Part shown: positions 36,796 to 38,602 of the stretch, in pieces
Layout of the letters: each line of letters starts with the position of its first letter
How positions within the stretch are numbered: position 1 is the first letter of the stretch
Sequence record: DRR378314_301
DNA length: 38,602 nucleotides
Reading direction: 5' to 3' (one strand)
Notes under the pieces: model-generated
The model's database searches: none
Told to the model about the DNA's origin: nothing
Seen by the model: only the letters and a program-made list of their open reading frames with translations
Made by a program: the position numbers and the translations under genes

Positions 36796-37335
36796 ATGCG
36801 AGCCCTGATTGCCACGATTTTCATCCTGTTCTCAGCGTCCGTCATGGCGGCTGATTGCCCGGCCTTCCTCAACCACGACCTCCGCAAGTTGCACTCCGCC
36901 GATTCGGTGAACCTATGTGACCTTGCCGCCGGTAAACCCATGCTGGTGGTCAATACCGCCAGCCACTGTGGCTACACCGGGCAGTTTGAAGGGCTGGAAG
37001 CCCTGCACAGGGAATACAGCGGCAAAGGCCTGGTGGTGGTTGGCTTTGCCAGTGATGATTTCCGGCAGGAGGCGGCCACGGAAGAGGAAGCCGCCAGTGT
37101 CTGCTTCAAGAATTTCGGGGTCACCTTCACCATGATCGCCCCCTCAGCCGTGACCGGAAGTGATGCCAACCCGGTGTTCAGGGCGATCAACAACCAGAGC
37201 CGTCAACCGGGCTGGAACTTCAACAAGTACGTCGTGAATGACCGCGGCGAGGTGATCGAGGCGTTTCCAAGTCGTGTAACACCGGACGCCCAAGAGCTTC
37301 GCGATGCCGTTGAACGGGTTGTCGCTGATCGCTGA
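36796..37335 (+). CDS. Exported Cys-type glutathione peroxidase (BtuE/Gpx family)
   Basis: RBS GGAG; signal peptide MRALIATIFILFSASVMA; VNTASHCGYT, FRQE and WNFNKY catalytic motifs. Confidence 0.9.
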   Translation: MRALIATIFILFSASVMAADCPAFLNHDLRKLHSADSVNLCDLAAGKPMLVVNTASHCGYTGQFEGLEALHREYSGKGLVVVGFASDDFRQEAATEEEAASVCFKNFGVTFTMIAPSAVTGSDANPVFRAINNQSRQPGWNFNKYVVNDRGEVIEAFPSRVTPDAQELRDAVERVVADR

Positions 37336-37341
37336 GTTGGT

Positions 37342-37971
37342 TCAGATATCCAGCACAATCGGCGGGTTCATTGGTTTGTACTGGCCGGTGCAGGTACTGG
37401 CGTTGACGTACAGGCGGTCGTTGAGCGCCTGCTGACCATAGCCTTCGTGGATATGCCCGAAGATGTGGAATTTGACCGCCAGCCGTTCCAGCTCCCTGGC
37501 AAGATCATCGCAGCCCACGGAGAGTGAGTCTTTGGCGGTGAGGACCTGGTCCAGGATGCCCGCCGGAGGGCCATGGGTGATGAGCACATCGGTCGCCGCC
37601 GGGATCTGTGCCCAGCGTTCGGCGATCGCCGGGCCGCGCGCCAGGTTGAAGGCCCAGTCGAAGAATATCGGCGTCCAGGGGCTGCCCCAGAAACTGACAC
37701 CCTCGATCTCGGTGCCGCTGTCCCGCAGATAAATCGCATGCCTGAGCAAGGCCTCCGCCTCCGCAGGCTCATCCTGCAGACACCAGTCATGGTTGCCGGC
37801 AATCAGGATCTTGTGGCGGTGGGGCTGTTCGGAAAACCAGTTGTCCAGATCTTCCAGTTCCTCAAGGGTGCCGACCCCCAGGCAGTCGCCGGCGTGAATC
37901 AGCACATCGCCGTCGGGCACCGACACCTGACGGTGCATGCTGTGGGTATCCGATATGCAGACCAGTCTCAT
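37342..37971 (-). CDS. Calcineurin-like metallophosphoesterase (MPPED/239FB-like)
   Basis: ISDTH, HAGD, AGNHD, ITHGPP, GHIHE motifs; ATGA overlap with the upstream gene. Confidence 0.88.
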   Translation of the reverse strand: MRLVCISDTHSMHRQVSVPDGDVLIHAGDCLGVGTLEELEDLDNWFSEQPHRHKILIAGNHDWCLQDEPAEAEALLRHAIYLRDSGTEIEGVSFWGSPWTPIFFDWAFNLARGPAIAERWAQIPAATDVLITHGPPAGILDQVLTAKDSLSVGCDDLARELERLAVKFHIFGHIHEGYGQQALNDRLYVNASTCTGQYKPMNPPIVLDI

Positions 37972-38602
37972 GATTTCTCGCCGGGTTCGTCGGAACGGTG
38001 GAAGGCGCCATGGCGTCCGGCGCCAGCGGAAAACCGGCTGGCGCCTTCAATGGCTTCCTCGAACACGACAGGATAGCCGCCAGCGCCCTCGGTCGCCAAT
38101 GCCTCGGACAGTCTCAGGTCCCACTGGTGAATGGCGGAATGGCGGTCAGCACGCAGGCAGTTCTGCGGGAAACTGGCAATGTCGGCGGCCAGAGCCTCGG
38201 CAACGGATCGGGCCTGACCATCGGGTACCACCCGGTTAGCGAGCCCCATGGTTTTGGCTTCTTCGGCATGAACCGGCCGCCCGGTCAGTATCATGTCCAT
38301 GGCGTGGCCATGACCGACAATCCGAGGCAATCGCACGGTGCCACCGTCAATCAGCGGCACGCCCCAGCGACGACAGAACACCCCGAAAGTGGCGGACGCT
38401 TCAACGACTCTCAGGTCACACATCAGCGCCAGTTCCAGGCCGCCGGCCACGGCATACCCGGCAACGGCCGCAATCACCGGCTTGGACAGCGCCATACGGG
38501 ACGGACCCATGGGGCCGGGGGCGGTTCCGGTTGCTTCGATGTTGTTGCGCCGCATTGGGTCGCTGACGGCTTCCAGATCGGCGCCGGCGCAGAAGTTGCC
38601 GC
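37968..38602 (-). CDS. Enoyl-CoA hydratase/isomerase family protein (5'-truncated by window edge)
   Basis: The frame continues to the edge with NFCAGADL; KPVIAAVAGYAVAGGLELALMCD, WGVPLIDGGT, GLANRVV. Confidence 0.9.
   Translation of the reverse strand, partial: GNFCAGADLEAVSDPMRRNNIEATGTAPGPMGPSRMALSKPVIAAVAGYAVAGGLELALMCDLRVVEASATFGVFCRRWGVPLIDGGTVRLPRIVGHGHAMDMILTGRPVHAEEAKTMGLANRVVPDGQARSVAEALAADIASFPQNCLRADRHSAIHQWDLRLSEALATEGAGGYPVVFEEAIEGASRFSAGAGRHGAFHRSDEPGEKS

Overview
GC-rich, densely coding chromosomal window from a gammaproteobacterium, most likely a moderately halophilic marine one such as Marinobacter or Halomonas (inferred from the teaABCD ectoine transporter and the very acidic exported proteins). 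Gene order: potABCD polyamine ABC transporter (potA truncated at the edge); a minus-strand phnD-phnC-phnE-phnE ABC transporter ending in an atypical HAD-IIA hydrolase; a membrane-bound GGEEF diguanylate cyclase; an AGCS amino-acid symporter; teaABCD; recC-recB-recD; a META lipoprotein; a small alpha/beta hydrolase; an LLM monooxygenase; a NadN-like 5'-nucleotidase lipoprotein; an ExeM/NucH secreted nuclease with a C-terminal dockerin-like module; an MFS transporter; a FAN1 (VRR-NUC) nuclease coupled to a nuclease-fused Fe-S DinG/XPD helicase; an exported glutathione peroxidase; a metallophosphoesterase; and a truncated enoyl-CoA hydratase. I saw no rRNA, tRNA, CRISPR array, IS or prophage. The most interesting signals are: (1) Pho-box-like 11-bp-periodic repeats, each exactly 10 bp from a -10-like hexamer, in front of phnD, the nucleotidase and exeM, suggesting a PhoB-controlled organophosphorus/extracellular-DNA scavenging programme; (2) a Phn-type transporter with no C-P lyase or PtxD but a HAD enzyme lacking the Asp+2 residue; (3) the dockerin-like tail on ExeM; (4) a Fur-box-like site before the MFS gene; (5) a one-base-degenerate SOS box before FAN1. 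All calls rest on motif recognition by eye; no database search was run.
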